From: the human T2T-CHM13v2.0 reference genome, Homo sapiens
DNA: 64,000 nucleotides
Strand: one strand, 5' to 3'
Assembly (NCBI RefSeq): GCF_009914755.1
Contig: NC_060939.1
The position numbers and the translations under genes were made by a program. Below are positions 16,281 through 34,750 of the stretch, piece after piece. How positions within the stretch are numbered: the first letter of the stretch is position 1; every line of letters starts with the position of its first letter. The notes under the pieces are model-generated. The model did no database searches. It was not told the origin of the DNA and saw nothing but the letters and a program-made list of their open reading frames with translations.

Positions 16281-17552
16281 AAAAAGAGAGAGAGGGAGAG
16301 AAGGGGAGAGAAATGGGGTATACCACCAAAAAACTCCAGCTGCAGATAAAAATTTCTACTACTTATTTGTCAAAAGATGTTCAAACCAAATCTCTTCAAT
16401 TCCAATTTCATTTTCTTTTTGGGACAGGGTCTCAAAGGTCTCCAGGGTCGCCCAGGCTGGAGTCCAGTGGCACAATCACAGCTCACTTGCAGCCTTAATC
16501 TCCCTGGGCTCAGTCCCAGATGCACACCACCACGCCCAGCTAATTTTTAAATTTTTTGTAGAGAAAGGGTTTTGCCACATTGCCCAGGCTGGTCTCAAAC
16601 TCCTGGGCTCAAGCAATCCTCCCGCCTCAGCCTCCCAAAGTGCTGGGATTATAGGTGTGAGTCACCGAGCCTGACCTTAAATGCCAGTTTAACATGGTAG
16701 GTTGATAACACATATTGACTGCACTCCATTCATCCAGTAGCTTCACTAAAATGATGAAAAAGGAGTATTCACTACAAACCCAAAAAGTGACAGTGGAGAC
16801 ATCAGCACACAAAGAGTGTTCAACTCATTTTGACAGAGAAAAAGCAGATAGGAGGATTTTGGCTGACGTGGCCAGACACAGAAGCTAGGACCAAGGGAGG
16901 TACCTATAGAGAGACAAGATGGCACACCCTTAGAACTCCCTTACCATGGAAAGCAAGGTGAGGAACAGAGCTAAAAATGGGAATAAAATGAAAATCTGAA
17001 TGTTATGTAGTGAAAATCCCTGACCCATTCTCATTGTCCTGACCTACACTCATATCCAAGTTTGGATCCCCTCAGCGGATCCAAAGGACAGGAGAACTCT
17101 TCACTGGATAAAGTAAACAGCATCAGGTGAAAGAATTCTGTCATTTGGAGAATACCCAACAAAAAGCTAGTTGTCTGATCATTATAATCTGAAGCTCATC
17201 CATGCAAAACGAGCTTCCATGCAGCTTGTTTTTGTTTTTGTTCATCACTGTCTGCTTTTGTAACCATGCAGCTTTTAAGGACCATAAATGTGAACTAAAA
17301 GCCAAGGATCTCAATGTAATTAAGGAAAGCCCTTACACAAAGACTTTAATACACAATTCAAATAACACAATTCAGGCTTGTCACGGTGGCTCATGCCTGT
17401 AATCCTAACTCTTTGGGAGGGCCAAGGTGGGAGGATCACTTGAGCTCAGGAGTTCAAGACCAGCCTGGGCAACATAGCAAGACCTTGTCTCTACTAAAAA
17501 TTAAAAAAATTAGCTGGGCATGGAGGTACAAACCTGTAGTCCCGGCTATTCA

Positions 17553-17723
<171 letters not shown>

Positions 17724-17810
17724 TTAAAAAAAAAGATAGTCAATAAGAGAAAAGTAACCTCTAAAAGGCTATCATTAATATCCTCAAAGAGAAAATAGAT
17801 GATACAATTA

Positions 17811-18637
<827 letters not shown>

Positions 18638-18854
18638 ATATATATATATATATATATATAAAATCTATATATTTACATATAGAGAGAGAGCGCGAGCGAG
18701 AACTAACATAATACAAGGAAAGAAATCATTTAAAACACAGTGTAATAAGAAAAGCCCTAGAACTAAATAACAAACCTTCAGATTAAAAGAATCTATCAAG
18801 TAACCAATGTAATAAATTTTAAAAGAGGACCTACACTAAGGCACATCATTGTGA

Positions 18855-19418
<564 letters not shown>

Positions 19419-20055
19419 TCAGGAGGCTGAGGCAGGAGAATCACTTGAACCCAGAAGGTGGAGGTTGCGGTGAGCTGAGATTGTGCCACTGCACTCCAGC
19501 CTGGGTGGCAGAGTGAGACCCCATCTTAAATAAATAAATAAATAATAAATAGATTGAGAAAGAATAAGATCAGACAATTCACAGACAGCATCACTAGTAA
19601 TTGGAAAGGCATTGCCTTAAAAATTCTGAGATAAAGTTATTTCTAACCTAGAGTTCTATACTCCAGCAAAATAGAATAAAAGAAAGAAGATGGTCTACAA
19701 TTAGGAAACAAGATCCAACAAAGGAAAGAGGGAAAACTGCAAGATAAAAACTGAGGAACAAGCCTAGAGAATAACCAACCACAGTTTAGACTAGAATGAA
19801 AGAAAAAGTTCTGAAAGTGAGGTCTCAGGAAAAAAAAAATAGATGCAATTGATTATCTGATACATTCAATCACTTGGAAACTAATGATAACACTGTAAAA
19901 TAAATCTGATTGGGCATATAGAAAAATAATGAAGGGCCAAGCACGGTGGCTCACACCTACAATCCCAGCACTTTGGGAGGCCAAGGTGGGCAGATCACTT
20001 GAGGTCAGGAGTTCGAAACCAGCCTAGCCAACATAGTGAAACCATGTCTCTACTA

Positions 20056-20181
<126 letters not shown>

Positions 20182-20359
20182 CTACACTCCAGCCTGGGCA
20201 ACATCAAAACAACAACCACAACAACAAAACAAAACAACAACAACAACAATAAAAAACAAAAGAAAAAGAATGAGGAACATATACAGAAAACTAAAGGAAA
20301 TGAAAAAATCTGGTAATTAACTCCAGAAGAAACAAAAAATTGAATTGATAAGATCATTA

Positions 20360-20782
<423 letters not shown>

Positions 20783-21001
20783 TTAAAAAAAAAAAAAAAA
20801 TTGTTAATATATTTGATCATTTCATAGTAGCCCATGTAGCTCTCCAGTAAAAATAATTTACATAGTCATAATAATGTACAATGACGATTCAATTTAAGAA
20901 TGTTACATATAATTATTGGAAGAGTAGTCAAAATGAAAGTGGAGACATAGTATAAGAGCTAAATGAGCACCTACAATAAAAGTCACTAAAAGTATTATTA
21001 A

Positions 21002-21329
<328 letters not shown>

Positions 21330-22085
21330 TAGAATTAGGGATGAAATACCAGGGGAAACAGCTACAAGAGTTGAATACATGATTATAGGTAATGGAACTG
21401 AGGGTAAAATAGGAATTTGCTATTTATTTTGTCATTGCTTGTCTTCTTTAGAACTGTTTGGTTTTGAAAAAAATTATTTGCATATATTAACTGAAAGCAA
21501 AGAAATTACAAAGGTCACACATATAAAATAATACTCTATATTGTTCATGAGTGCTTATGCATATATAACAGTATAAACAAAATCAACTAGAAAGAAATAT
21601 CATATTCATACTAGTAGCTGCTTATGATGAGTGGGGAGAACTAAGGATGCGGATTAGAAGGAATTTCAACTTTATAATAAATTCTTTCTCTCATATAATA
21701 ATTAAAAAGACAGCTGGGCACAGTGGCTCATGCCTAAAATCCTAGTGCTTTGGGAGGCTGAGGTGGGAGAATCACTTGAGCCCAGGAGTTTGAGACCAGC
21801 CTGGGCAACAGAGCAAGACTCCATCTCTACAAAAACTTCAAAAAAATTAGCAAGGTGTGGCACCCCATACTTCTTGTCCCAGCTACTAGGAAGGCTAAGG
21901 CAAGAAAATCACTTGAGCCCAGGAGGTTAAGGCTGCCATAAGCTATGACAGTGCCACTGCACCTGCACTCCAACCTATGCGACAGAGCAAGAACACATGT
22001 CTCTCTTAAAAAGAAAGAAAAAGGCCAGGTGTGGGGGCTCATGCCTGTAATTCCAGCACTTTAGGAGGCCAAGGTGGGTGGATCA

Positions 22086-22356
<271 letters not shown>

Positions 22357-23076
22357 TCAGTGTTGATTCTGTGGTAGGAACATAGTTGTCTGTAAAATCT
22401 TAAAAAATTTCAGCCCAGCGCAGTGGCTCATGCCTGTAATCCCAGCACTTTGGGAGGCTGAGGCTGGCGGATCACCTGAGGTCAGGAGTTGGAGACCAGC
22501 CTAGTCAATATGGTGAAACCCCATCTTTACTAAAAATACAAAAAAAAAAATTAGCTGGGCGTGGTAGCAGGCACCTGTAATCCCAGCTACTTGGGAGACT
22601 GAGGCGGGAGATCACTTGAACCCATGAGGCGGAGGTTGCAGCGAGCTGAGATCACGCCACTGAACTCCAGCCTGGGCGACAGAGCGAGACCACATCTCAG
22701 AGAAATATATATATATATTTCTCCCTTCCTATACGAATATGCCTAGTGAATAAAACCAATCCTAAAAGATTACATACAGTATGTATGTAATTTTTTTACA
22801 TTTTATGTAATGTTACTTGATATAACAACAATTTGGAAAGGACAAAATTAGAGAAATGGAGAATAGATTAGTGGTTGCAGGGGTTAGGAATGGGGAGGTG
22901 GTGGGAAGGAGGTATATGTTTACTATAGGGCAATGAGGCTGGGCACGGTGGCTCACACCTGTAATCCCAGCACTTTGGGAGGCCGAGGTGAGTGGATCAC
23001 CTGAGGTCAGGAGTTTGAGATCAGCCTGGCCAACATGGTGAAACCCTGACTGTAGTAAAAATACAAAAATTCGTCA

Positions 23077-23367
<291 letters not shown>

Positions 23368-23865
23368 CTACATGTGTGACAAAACTGCACAGAACTAAAT
23401 ACACAAAAATGAAGTAAAACTGGGGAAGTCTAAATCAGATTGGTGGATTGTATCTATATTAACATTCTGGCTGTGATATTACACTATAGTTTTGGAAGAT
23501 GTTATCATGGGATAACTGTAGAAAGGGTACATGTAATCTGTCTCCATTATTTCTTACAACTGCAGGTGAATCTACAATTATAAGAAAAAGTAAAAAGAGA
23601 AAAGGGAAAGAAAGTCTCTTGGTCCAGGGGAATCCTGGGCAAGAGTGAATATACACTGATAGCCACTTCATAATCCAGAATTCCAAGGGAGACACAGTTT
23701 GTTCTTTGTAAGTAGCTCTACTGGGAGTTGGTGTAAGTCAGAGGCTTGGAGCTGATGAGGATTCTAGGTTCTAAATCATAAAGTGGGGAATCAGTCATTC
23801 AATAGGCAAGACTAGGAAGTCCTCTCATTAGATGAGAGATCTGTTCTCTGATTGTCAAATGGTAG

Positions 23866-24144
<279 letters not shown>

Positions 24145-24411
24145 TGATCTGCCAGCCTCAACCTCCCAAAGTGCTGCGATTACAGGCGTGAGCCACCGCG
24201 CCCAGCCAAACCCACTTTTTTAATGGAGGAGGGGAGACTCCATAGTAGAAATGACATCTCAAGGGCCTCACAGCAGCTGGTAGTTGCAAAAGCACCGAGA
24301 GCAAGGTGAAGAATCCCCAGGATAAGTGTGCATCCTCTTAGATCAGCCTAGCATGCCTCCCTGCTCCAACATATTTCCTTGATTCAAGACTGCAAGGGAG
24401 GCTGGGCATAG

Positions 24412-24654
<243 letters not shown>

Positions 24655-24819
24655 TAAAAATACAAAATTAACCGGGTGTGGTGGCACACGCCTGTAATCC
24701 CAGCTACTCAGGAGGCTGAGGCAGGAGAATTGCTTGAGCCGGGAGATGGAGGTTGCAGTGGGCTGAGATCGTGGCACTGCACTCTAGCCTGGCCGAGAGT
24801 GAGACTCTGTCTCAAAATA

Positions 24820-24840
24820 AATAAATAAATAAATAAACAA

Positions 24841-24871
<31 letters not shown>

Positions 24872-24890
24872 CACGTATATATACACACAC
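24820..24890 (+). repeat. Compound microsatellite (TAAA)n/(TACA)n/(CA)n in the tail of a nested Alu
   Basis: Directly visible. The Alu at about 24536-24812 is inserted in another Alu's linker with TSD acacaaattag. Confidence 0.85.
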
Positions 24891-27443
24891 AAATTAGTTG
24901 GGTGTGGTGGCACACACCTGTAATTCCATCTACTTGGGAGACTAAGGCACAGAATGGCTTGAACCCACAAGGCGGAGGTTGCAGTGGGCCGAAATCATAC
25001 CATTGCACTCCAGCCTGGGTGATGGAGTGAGACTGTCTCAACAACAACAAAAAAGACTTTAAGGGAATAACTGTTCTGTTTGCAAAAGAGATTGGATATA
25101 AACAGGGAGTCTGGTAGTTGGGTATAGGTAGCACCCATAATTCCAGCACTTTGGAAGGCTGAGGCAGGAGGATCACTTGAGCCCAGGGGTTCAAGACCAG
25201 CCTGGGCAACATAGGGAGACTCTACAAAAAATTTAAAAAATTAGCCAGGCATGGTGGTGCATGTCTGTGGTCTCAGCTACTCAAGAGGCTGAGGCAGGAG
25301 GATCAATTGAGCATCAAGAGATGGAGGCTGCAGTGAGCCATGATCATGCCACTATGCGCCAGTCTGGGGGACAGAGCAAGACCCTGTCTCTAAAAAAAAT
25401 AATAATAATAAAATAATAAATACAATAAGTAAAATGAAATAAAAATTAAATAAAAATAGGGGTCTGGAGCTGGTAGGGAAGAAACAGAGCTGTATGAGAG
25501 AAAAGAATAATTTCCCTTGTTGATATATGGTCTGTGTCCCCTTTTTCTCCTCTTATTTTCCTTTGCATTCTTGATCTGATTGACTTCTTTCTCAAGTGCC
25601 TCTTATCTCTTACTTTCCCTATCTCATTATTTTCCCCAACTCATTATTTTCCCTCTTTGCTTTGCTAAAAGACTCTATCCCTGCATCTTATTCAGAACAC
25701 ACTGACTACACTGGACAGGAGTTACAAGAGAGAAGAGGTACTCACAGAATCCTAGATTTCTAAAACATTTAAGCTACAAAGGTAGGTGAATATCAGAGTC
25801 CAGTAGTCACATATTATACAGAGGAAAACCAAAGTGCTGAGAAGGGAAATAACTTGTGTCACTCACAGAGGGAATTTTTGGTTAAGTTGGAATATGAGGC
25901 TGGGACCCACTAGGATGGCTTCCCTCATTTTCTTTCTTTTTTTTTTTTCCTCTTCTTTTCTTTCTTTCTTTTTTTTTTTTTTTCCTTAGACAAAGTCTTA
26001 CTCTGTCACTTAGGCTGGAGCTCAGTGGCGTGATCATAACTCACTGTGGTCTTGACCTCCCGGGCTCAAGTGATCCTCCTGCATAGCTGGGACAACAGGA
26101 GTGTGCCACCATGCCTGGCTAATTTTTTCGTTTTTTATTTTTGTAGAGGTAGGGTCTTGCTATGCTGCTCAGGTTAGTCTCAAACTCCTGGGCACAAATG
26201 ATCCTCCTATACCTTTACTCCCAAAGTGCTGGGATTATAGGCATGAGCCACTGCCCCCAGCCCTAGTTTCTGTAGTTTTCAACAGTCACAGCTCACTAGC
26301 TGGAGAGAAAGAGATTTCTGGGGCAGCCAATTAAAACATGGTAAGAGAAATGACAGCAACATGGTAAGAGAAATAATCTGACCAGGTGCGGTGGCTCACA
26401 CCTGTAATCCCAACACTTTGGGAGGTTGAGGCAGGAGGATCACTTGAGCCTCGGAGTTTGAGACCAGCCTGGGCAACATGCCAAAACCCCATCTCTTCAA
26501 AAAATAAAAAATGAGCTGGACATAGTGGCACATACCTGTAGTCCCAGCTACTCAGGAGGCTGAAGTAGGAGGATCGCTTTAACCTAGGAATTTGAGGAAA
26601 AGAAAAGGATAAAAGAAAAGAAAAGGAGAAGAGAAGAAGAAAAGAAGAGAAGAGAAAAAAGAAAAAGAGGCCAGGTGCGGTAGATCATACCTGTAATCCC
26701 AGCACTTCGGGAGGCTGAGGCAGGCAGATCACCTGAGGTCAGGAGTTCAAGATCAACCTGGACAACATCGTGAAACCCTGTCTCTACTAAAAATACAAAA
26801 ATTAGCCAGGCATGGTGGTGCGCGCCTATAATTCCAGCTACTTGGGAGGGTGAGGCAGGAAGAATCGCTTGAACCTGGGAGGCGGAGGTTGCAGTGAGCC
26901 GAGATCGTGCCATTGCACTCCAGCCTGGGTGACAGAACGAGACTCCATCTCAGAAAGAAAAAAAAAAGAGAGGGAGGGAGGAAGGAAGGAATTACAGGTG
27001 TGCGCCACCACACCCAGCTAATTTGTGTGTGGGTGTGTATATATATATGTATGTATGTATATATAGTTATCAACTAGTTACGAGCCAGAGTTATAAACTA
27101 GCGAGATGGTTTTGTGATAGGATTTGAGTAGAATGAAAATCTCAAGGGGTTAAAGTCCTATGAGGCAACTGTACTCTCTGACTGTGGATTATTTTAAGTG
27201 TACCACATACCCCTCCTCAAGAAGTAATGTTATACCATAAATGTTATGGGGAGAAACTGCCCAAATGAACAGACCAGCACTCACACTGAGTACTGGAATA
27301 GAGAGTAGCCTATTTTGAACCTACTTTTTTTAAAAAAAACTTGCATTTCAGAAAAATATCCAAAAATATGTCCAACAGGGTTATCCTGTTGGTACCAAAG
27401 ACCTTCAGAAATTTCAGAGCATAGGATGTTAGCAAGAAGCACC

Positions 27444-30192
27444 CAATGGTGCCCAGGCTGGAGTGCAGTGGCGTGATCTCAGCTCACTACAACCTCCATC
27501 TCCCAGCCGCCTGCCTTGGCCTCCCAAAGTGCCGAGATTGCAGCCTCTGCCCGGCCACCACCCCGTCTGGGAAGTGAGGAGCGTCTCTGCCTGGCCGCCC
27601 ATCGTCTGGGACGTGAGGAGCCCCTCTGCCTGGCTGCCCAGTCTGGAAAGTGAGGAGCGTCTCTGCCCGGCCGCCATCCCATCTAGGAAGTGAGGAGCGC
27701 CTCTTCCCGGCAGCCATCCCATCTGGGAAGTGAGGAGCATCTCTGCCCGGCCGCCCATCGTCTGAGATGTGGGGAGCGCCTCTGCCCCGCTGCCCCGTCT
27801 GGGATGTGAGGAGCTCCTCTGCCCGGTCGCGACCCCGTCTGGGAGGTGAGGAGCGTCTCTGCCCAGCCGCCCCGTCTGAGAAGTGAGGAGACCCTCCGCC
27901 CAGCATCCGCCCCATCTGAGAAGTGAGGAGCCCCTCCGCCCGGCAGCCGCCCCGTCTGAGAAGTGAGGAGTCCCTCTGCCCGGCAGCCACCCCGTCTGGG
28001 AAGTGAGGAGCGTCTCCGCCCGGCAGCCGCCCCGTCCGGGAGGGAGGTGGGGGGGTCAGCCCCCCGCCCGGCCAGCCGCTCCGTCCGGGAGGGAGGTGGG
28101 GGCGGTCAGCCCGCCGCCCGGCCAGCCGCCCCGTCCGGGAGGGAGGTGGGGGAGTCAGCCCCCCACCCGGCCAGCCGCCCCATCCGGGAGGGAGGTGGGG
28201 GGGTCAGCCCCCCGCCCAGCCAGCCGCCCCGTCCGGGAGGGAGGTGGGGGGGTCAGCCCCCCACCCGGCCAGCCGCCCCGTCCGGGAGGGAGGTGGGGGG
28301 GTCAGCCCCCCGCCCGGCCAGCCGCCCCGTCCGGGAGGTGAGGGGCGCCTCTGCCCAGCCGCCCCTACTGGGAAGTGAGGAGCCCCTCTGCCTGGCCAGC
28401 CACCCCGTCCGGGAGGGAGGTGGGGGAGTCAGCCCCCAACCCGGCCAGCCGCCCCATCCGGGAGGGAGGTGGGGGGGGGGTCAGCCCCCCGTCCGGGAGG
28501 GAGGTGGGGGGGTCAGCCCCCCGCCCGGCCAGCCGCCCCGTCCGGGAGGGAGGTGAGGGGGGGTCAGCCCTCCGCCCGGCCAGCCGCCCCGTCCGGGAGG
28601 GAGGTGGGGTCAGCCCCCCGCCCGGCCAGCCGCCCCGTCCGGGAGGTGAGGGGCGCCTCTGCCCAGCCGCCCCTACTGGGAAGTGAGGAGCCCCTCTGCC
28701 GGGCCAGCCGCCCCGTCCGGGAGGGAGGTGGGGGGCTCAGCCCCCCGCCCGGCCAGCCGACCCGTCCGGGAGGGAGGTGGGGGGATCAGCACCCCGCCCG
28801 GACAGCCGCCCCGTCCGGGAGGGAGGTGGGGAGGTCAGCCCCCCGCCCGGACAGCCGCCCCGTCCGGGAGGGAGGTGGGGGGGTCAGCCCCATGTCCGGG
28901 AGGGAGGTCGGGGGGGTCAGCCCCCCGCCCGGCCAGCCGCCCCGTCCGGGAGGGAGGTGAGGTCAGCCCCCTGCCCGGCCAGCCGCCCCGTCCGGGAGGT
29001 GAGGGGCGCCTCTGCCCAGCCGCCCCTACTGGGAAGTGAGGAGCCCCTCTGCCGGGCCAGCCACCCCGTCCGGGAGGGAGGTGGGGGGCTCAGCCCCCCG
29101 CCCGGCCAGCCGACCCGTCCGGGAGGGAGGTGGGGGGATCAGCCCCCCGCCCGGCCAGCCGCCCGGTCCGGGAGGGAGGTGGAGGGGTCAGCCCCACGTC
29201 CGGGAGGGAGGTGGGGGGGGTCAGCCCCCCGCCCAGCCAGCCGCCCCGTCCAGGAGGTGAGGGGCGCCTCTGCCCTGCCGCCCCTACTGGGAAGTGAGGA
29301 GCCCCTCTGCCCGGCCAGCCGCCCCGTCTGGGAGGGAGGTGGGGGGGTCAGCCCCCCGCCCGGCCAGCCGCCCTGTCCGGGAGGGAGGTGGGGGGGTCAG
29401 CCCCCCGCCCGGGAGGTGAGGGGCGCCTCTGCCCGGCCGCCCCTACTGGGAAGTGAGGAGCCCCTCTGCCCGGCCAGCCGCCCCGTCCGGGAGGGAGGTG
29501 GGGGGGTCAGCCCCCCGCCTGGCCAGCCGCCCCGTCCGGGAGGGAGGTGGGGGGGTCTGGCCAGCCACCCCGTCCGGGAGGTGAGGGGCACCTCTGCCCA
29601 GCCACCCCTACTAGGAAGTGAGGAGCCCCTCTGCCCAGCCACCACCTCGTCTGGGAGGTGTACCCAACAGCTCATTGAGAACGGGCCAGGATGACAATGG
29701 CGGTTTTGTGGAATAGAAAGGGGGGAAAGGTGGGGAAAAGATTGAGAAATCGGATGGTTGCCGTGTCTGTGTAGAAAGTAGACATGGGAGACTTTTCATT
29801 TTGTTCTGTACTAAGATAAATTCTTCTGCCTTGGGATCCTGTTGATCGGTGACCTTACCCCCAACCCTGTGCTCTCTGAAACATGTGCTGTGTCCACTCA
29901 GGGTTAAATGGATTAAGGGCGGTGCAAGATGTGCTTTGTTAAACAGATGCTTGAAGGCAGCATGCTCGTTAAGAATCATCACCACTCCCTAATCTCAAGT
30001 ACCCAGGGACACAAACACTGCGGAAGGCCGCAGGGTCCTCTGCCTAGGAAAACCAGAGACCTTTGTTCACTTGTTTATCTGCCAACCTTCCCTCCACTAT
30101 TGTCCTATGACCCTGCCAAATCCCCCTCTGCGAGAAACACCCAAGAATGATCAATAAAAAAAATAAAAATTTAAAAAAAAAAGAAAAAAAAA
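27444..30192 (+). mobile_element. 5'-truncated SVA (SVA_D-like) with a VNTR of about 2.1 kb
   Basis: Begins inside the Alu-like domain (caatggtgcccaggctgg) with no CCCTCT hexamer. VNTR about 27545-29660. SINE-R has cactccctaatctcaagtacccaggg. AATAAA near 30153. TSD aagaagcacc at 27434-27443 and 30193-30202. Confidence 0.93.
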
Positions 30193-30375
30193 AAGAAGCA
30201 CCAAAGCAGAAAGTACCTCTTTCTGCATGCGAGAAACCATCATTTATGTGAGAGTGATGTTCCCTAACATAAGGAAGGGTCTCTGCTAAGCAAGTGAGGG
30301 GTGGAAGGAGCTGTTGCCAGAGCCTACCAGAAGCATCCTGGTAACCAGCTGCTGGCCCAAACTTTTTCTACTTAC

Positions 30376-30704
30376 ATGGAACAGTGGAAAGTGCCAACAG
30401 GGTTCTCACGACGAATGTCTTCATATTCCTCATAGATTCCTTGCTTTTGCCTGGCATTAACATAGTCCACCAACTCTTGGATGGTCATAGCATGGGGACC
30501 TGGAACATGTACTGAGTCCCAGTCTAAGGCAGGAGGGAGGGAGAACAGGATGATCTCATCGAAGGGATCTGGGTGGCCGTTCACCTGGGGTAGGAACTGG
30601 AAATTCCAAGTGGCGAGATCAATTTTGACGTACCCACCCAGGTTTTCTGGAAGACACTCCCTGGGCAGATGCTGCGTGACCTCAGATGTCTTTAATATTT
30701 GAAT
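30376..30704 (-). CDS. PTPN9: PTPN9 exon 7 (329 nt), end of Sec14 domain, linker and start of PTP domain
   Basis: ttccag|ATTCAA ... TCCAT|gtaagt. Encodes IQILKTSEVTQHLPRECLPENLGG...GIYEEYEDIRRENPVGTFHCS(M). Confidence 0.96.
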
Positions 30705-31211
30705 CTGGAAGGTTAGAAAGAACCATGTGAGTATGTGGGAGGAGGGAAAGGCATATAGAGTGACAAAGAATAAATGTATTTATATCAGGTTTGGAGGATG
30801 GGATAAGATTTTCTTGAAATACAAGGTATACTTGTAAAAGTAGTAGACTACATTTCATCTGCCTGAGATTTAAGTCCTATGAATTTGCCAGATAAAAGTG
30901 TGAACTCCCAGAATGTATATAAAATTCACTCCTGGAATTAGGGACACTGTTATACATCTTCTGAAAGGACGATGTAGTGAACAAAAGCTTTATATTATTA
31001 ACAAGGCTTCCCAGCATCGCTGCATGCTGGTACTCTTTTTTTGGCCACTAAGAATGCATAGGTAGTAGTTATTTTTGTCAACCCCATACTCAGACAACCA
31101 ATTCTAAGGCCTGTTAGCTTGTATTTTACTCAGCTTGGTATAACTGTTCACAAAGATAGGATTCTATGAAAGCAAGACACCCAGAGGCAGGGTAGCCCAG
31201 GAAAAATGTGA

Positions 31212-31400
<189 letters not shown>

Positions 31401-31849
31401 TAATTCTGCTCTCTGCTTGGACATAGCCATGCTGGAACTAATTAGCTTAACTGGTTCTCCTTAGGATCTCTGTGGAATGGGGATTCTCTTCCTCCTAAAA
31501 GCTCATCTCTTTTGCTGTCGCCTCTTCTTGGAATGCCTTCCTTTCCTCCTCTGCCTCTTCATGGACCAGCACAGCTCACCTCTTCTGTGAAGTCTTTCCT
31601 GACTGCCTGAGGCCATATGCTCCTCTGCGTTCCTGCAGAGCCAAAGTCCTCCTATGTGTATCTCTGTGTTCCCTATCAAGACCATGAGCTCCTTGAGGGT
31701 AGACTGTCTCACTTAATTTTTAATTATCAGGAACCAGTGCTTCGACTACAAAAAGTGCTTAATATATTTTGAGTTTATACATGCATGTATAATTCCTATA
31801 ATTCAAGTGCAAGAACTTGCCTATGGATTCCTCTCAAAGAGTTACCTTA

Positions 31850-32764
<915 letters not shown>

Positions 32765-33617
32765 AGAAAAGCTCTCTCCTACTCTGCGTCATTAGGTCTC
32801 TAAGCAGCTTCCACAGAACCAAATGTTTTCACTTTCATGTCCTGTCTTTTAATTGCTGCAATCAGTAACTGAGACCATAAATCTTTTAATCATGGAACAC
32901 GCAGGAGATTATAACAGAATTAAAGTTTCTGGTTTTATTGTGGCGGCGGGGTCTCACTGTGTTGCCTAGGCTGGTCTCAAACTCCTGGCCTCAAGCGATC
33001 TTCCCGCCTTGGCCTCGGACTCCCAAAGTGTTAGTATTATAAGCATGAGCCATTACACTTGGCCCAGAATTAAAGTAATTTTGAACGCTTTTGAAATTGG
33101 GAAGCAACAAGGTATTCTGAGAAAAAAAAATGCCAGGAATAAATGTAGAAAGAGACATAACGAAAAACTTTCCTCCACAACCCTGGTGGTCAAGGGATTG
33201 AATGATGTTTCCAGTTGAACAAATTCTAATGCCAGTTCAACTAATGCAGTTATATTACAAGCTGTTAAATATTAAAGGCCTATGCAGCACTAGGATAAAT
33301 TTTGGAAGTAGCAGCTATCCCTAAGTTACCTCCAGGACACGTTCCTTCAGTACTATCTTATGCAAGGTGCTATAGAAAGTGAGAACCAGATAAACTGTGT
33401 TTAGTTTTGAACTTCAAGAAGCTCGTAGGACAGTAAGAGAGGCAGTCTGTATTGAACTGACTAATGCATCAGGTAGAGAATATAAGTGAATGCACTAACA
33501 GAAGCAGAACAGGCTCTAGAAGACACGCCAGGAGGATTTTTTGAAGGTAGAAAATTAATTGGCAGGAATTCACTGTATCTATTCACCTCCAGATAAAAAA
33601 GGGCAAGCTTGCCTTAC

Positions 33618-33728
33618 CCTCTCCCGGACTTTGTCCTTCAGGAGGAGACTGATGATGGAATAGGGCACTCGGAACCATATGGGTGCCCCCACAATCAGCA
33701 CCTTCTTCAAACGAGCTGGAAATGCTCC
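33618..33728 (-). CDS. PTPN9: PTPN9 exon 6 (111 nt), Sec14 domain
   Basis: ccacag|GGAGCA ... GAGAGG|gtaagg. Encodes GAFPARLKKVLIVGAPIWFRVPYSIISLLLKDKVRER. Confidence 0.96.
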
Positions 33729-34281
33729 CTGTGGAGAAAACACATGAGGATTTAAGTGTAATGGAACCTGTGACTCTTCAAGCCCAAGTTTAGGTTTTCT
33801 GCTCTTCTCCCCATTCTTACCCAGCAGGGGGAGTCTACAGCCTAATTCAGGTTTGATCTCAGCAGCTAGAGGAAAAGTGGTTAAACAAACTGAAGAAATT
33901 AGAAGCTGATTTACCTTTAAAAATAACAATGTTAAGTTCTTGTCTACCGTAAGCTTTATGGATCAAAAACTATTCTGACTTCTCATCTCAACAGATATCC
34001 TACACATACCACACATCAGCATACATATATGCCTCTTAAAAAAGTTATGTTATTAAAACTTGAAGGAAAAATGAGATCATGAATAAACTGAACATTAAAC
34101 ATTTCTCGACCAGGTGCGGTGGCTCATGCCTATAATCCCAGCATTATGGGAGGCCGAGGTGGGTGGATCACCAGAGGTTGGGAGTTCAAGACCAGCCTGG
34201 CCAACATGGTAAAACCCATCACTACTAAAAATACAAAATTAGCCAGGCACGGTGGCAGACACCTGTAATCCCAACTACTCA

Positions 34282-34386
<105 letters not shown>

Positions 34387-34389
34387 TCA

Positions 34390-34750
<361 letters not shown>

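Noticed and set aside
17061-17085. 9-bp inverted repeat (tttggatcc...ggatccaaa), and a similar 10-bp one at 37619-37645
   Set aside because: Too short to exceed chance in 64 kb, with no supporting context.
27963-29694. 197-305 aa Pro/Gly/Arg-rich ORFs
   Set aside because: They are translations of the SVA VNTR in several frames.
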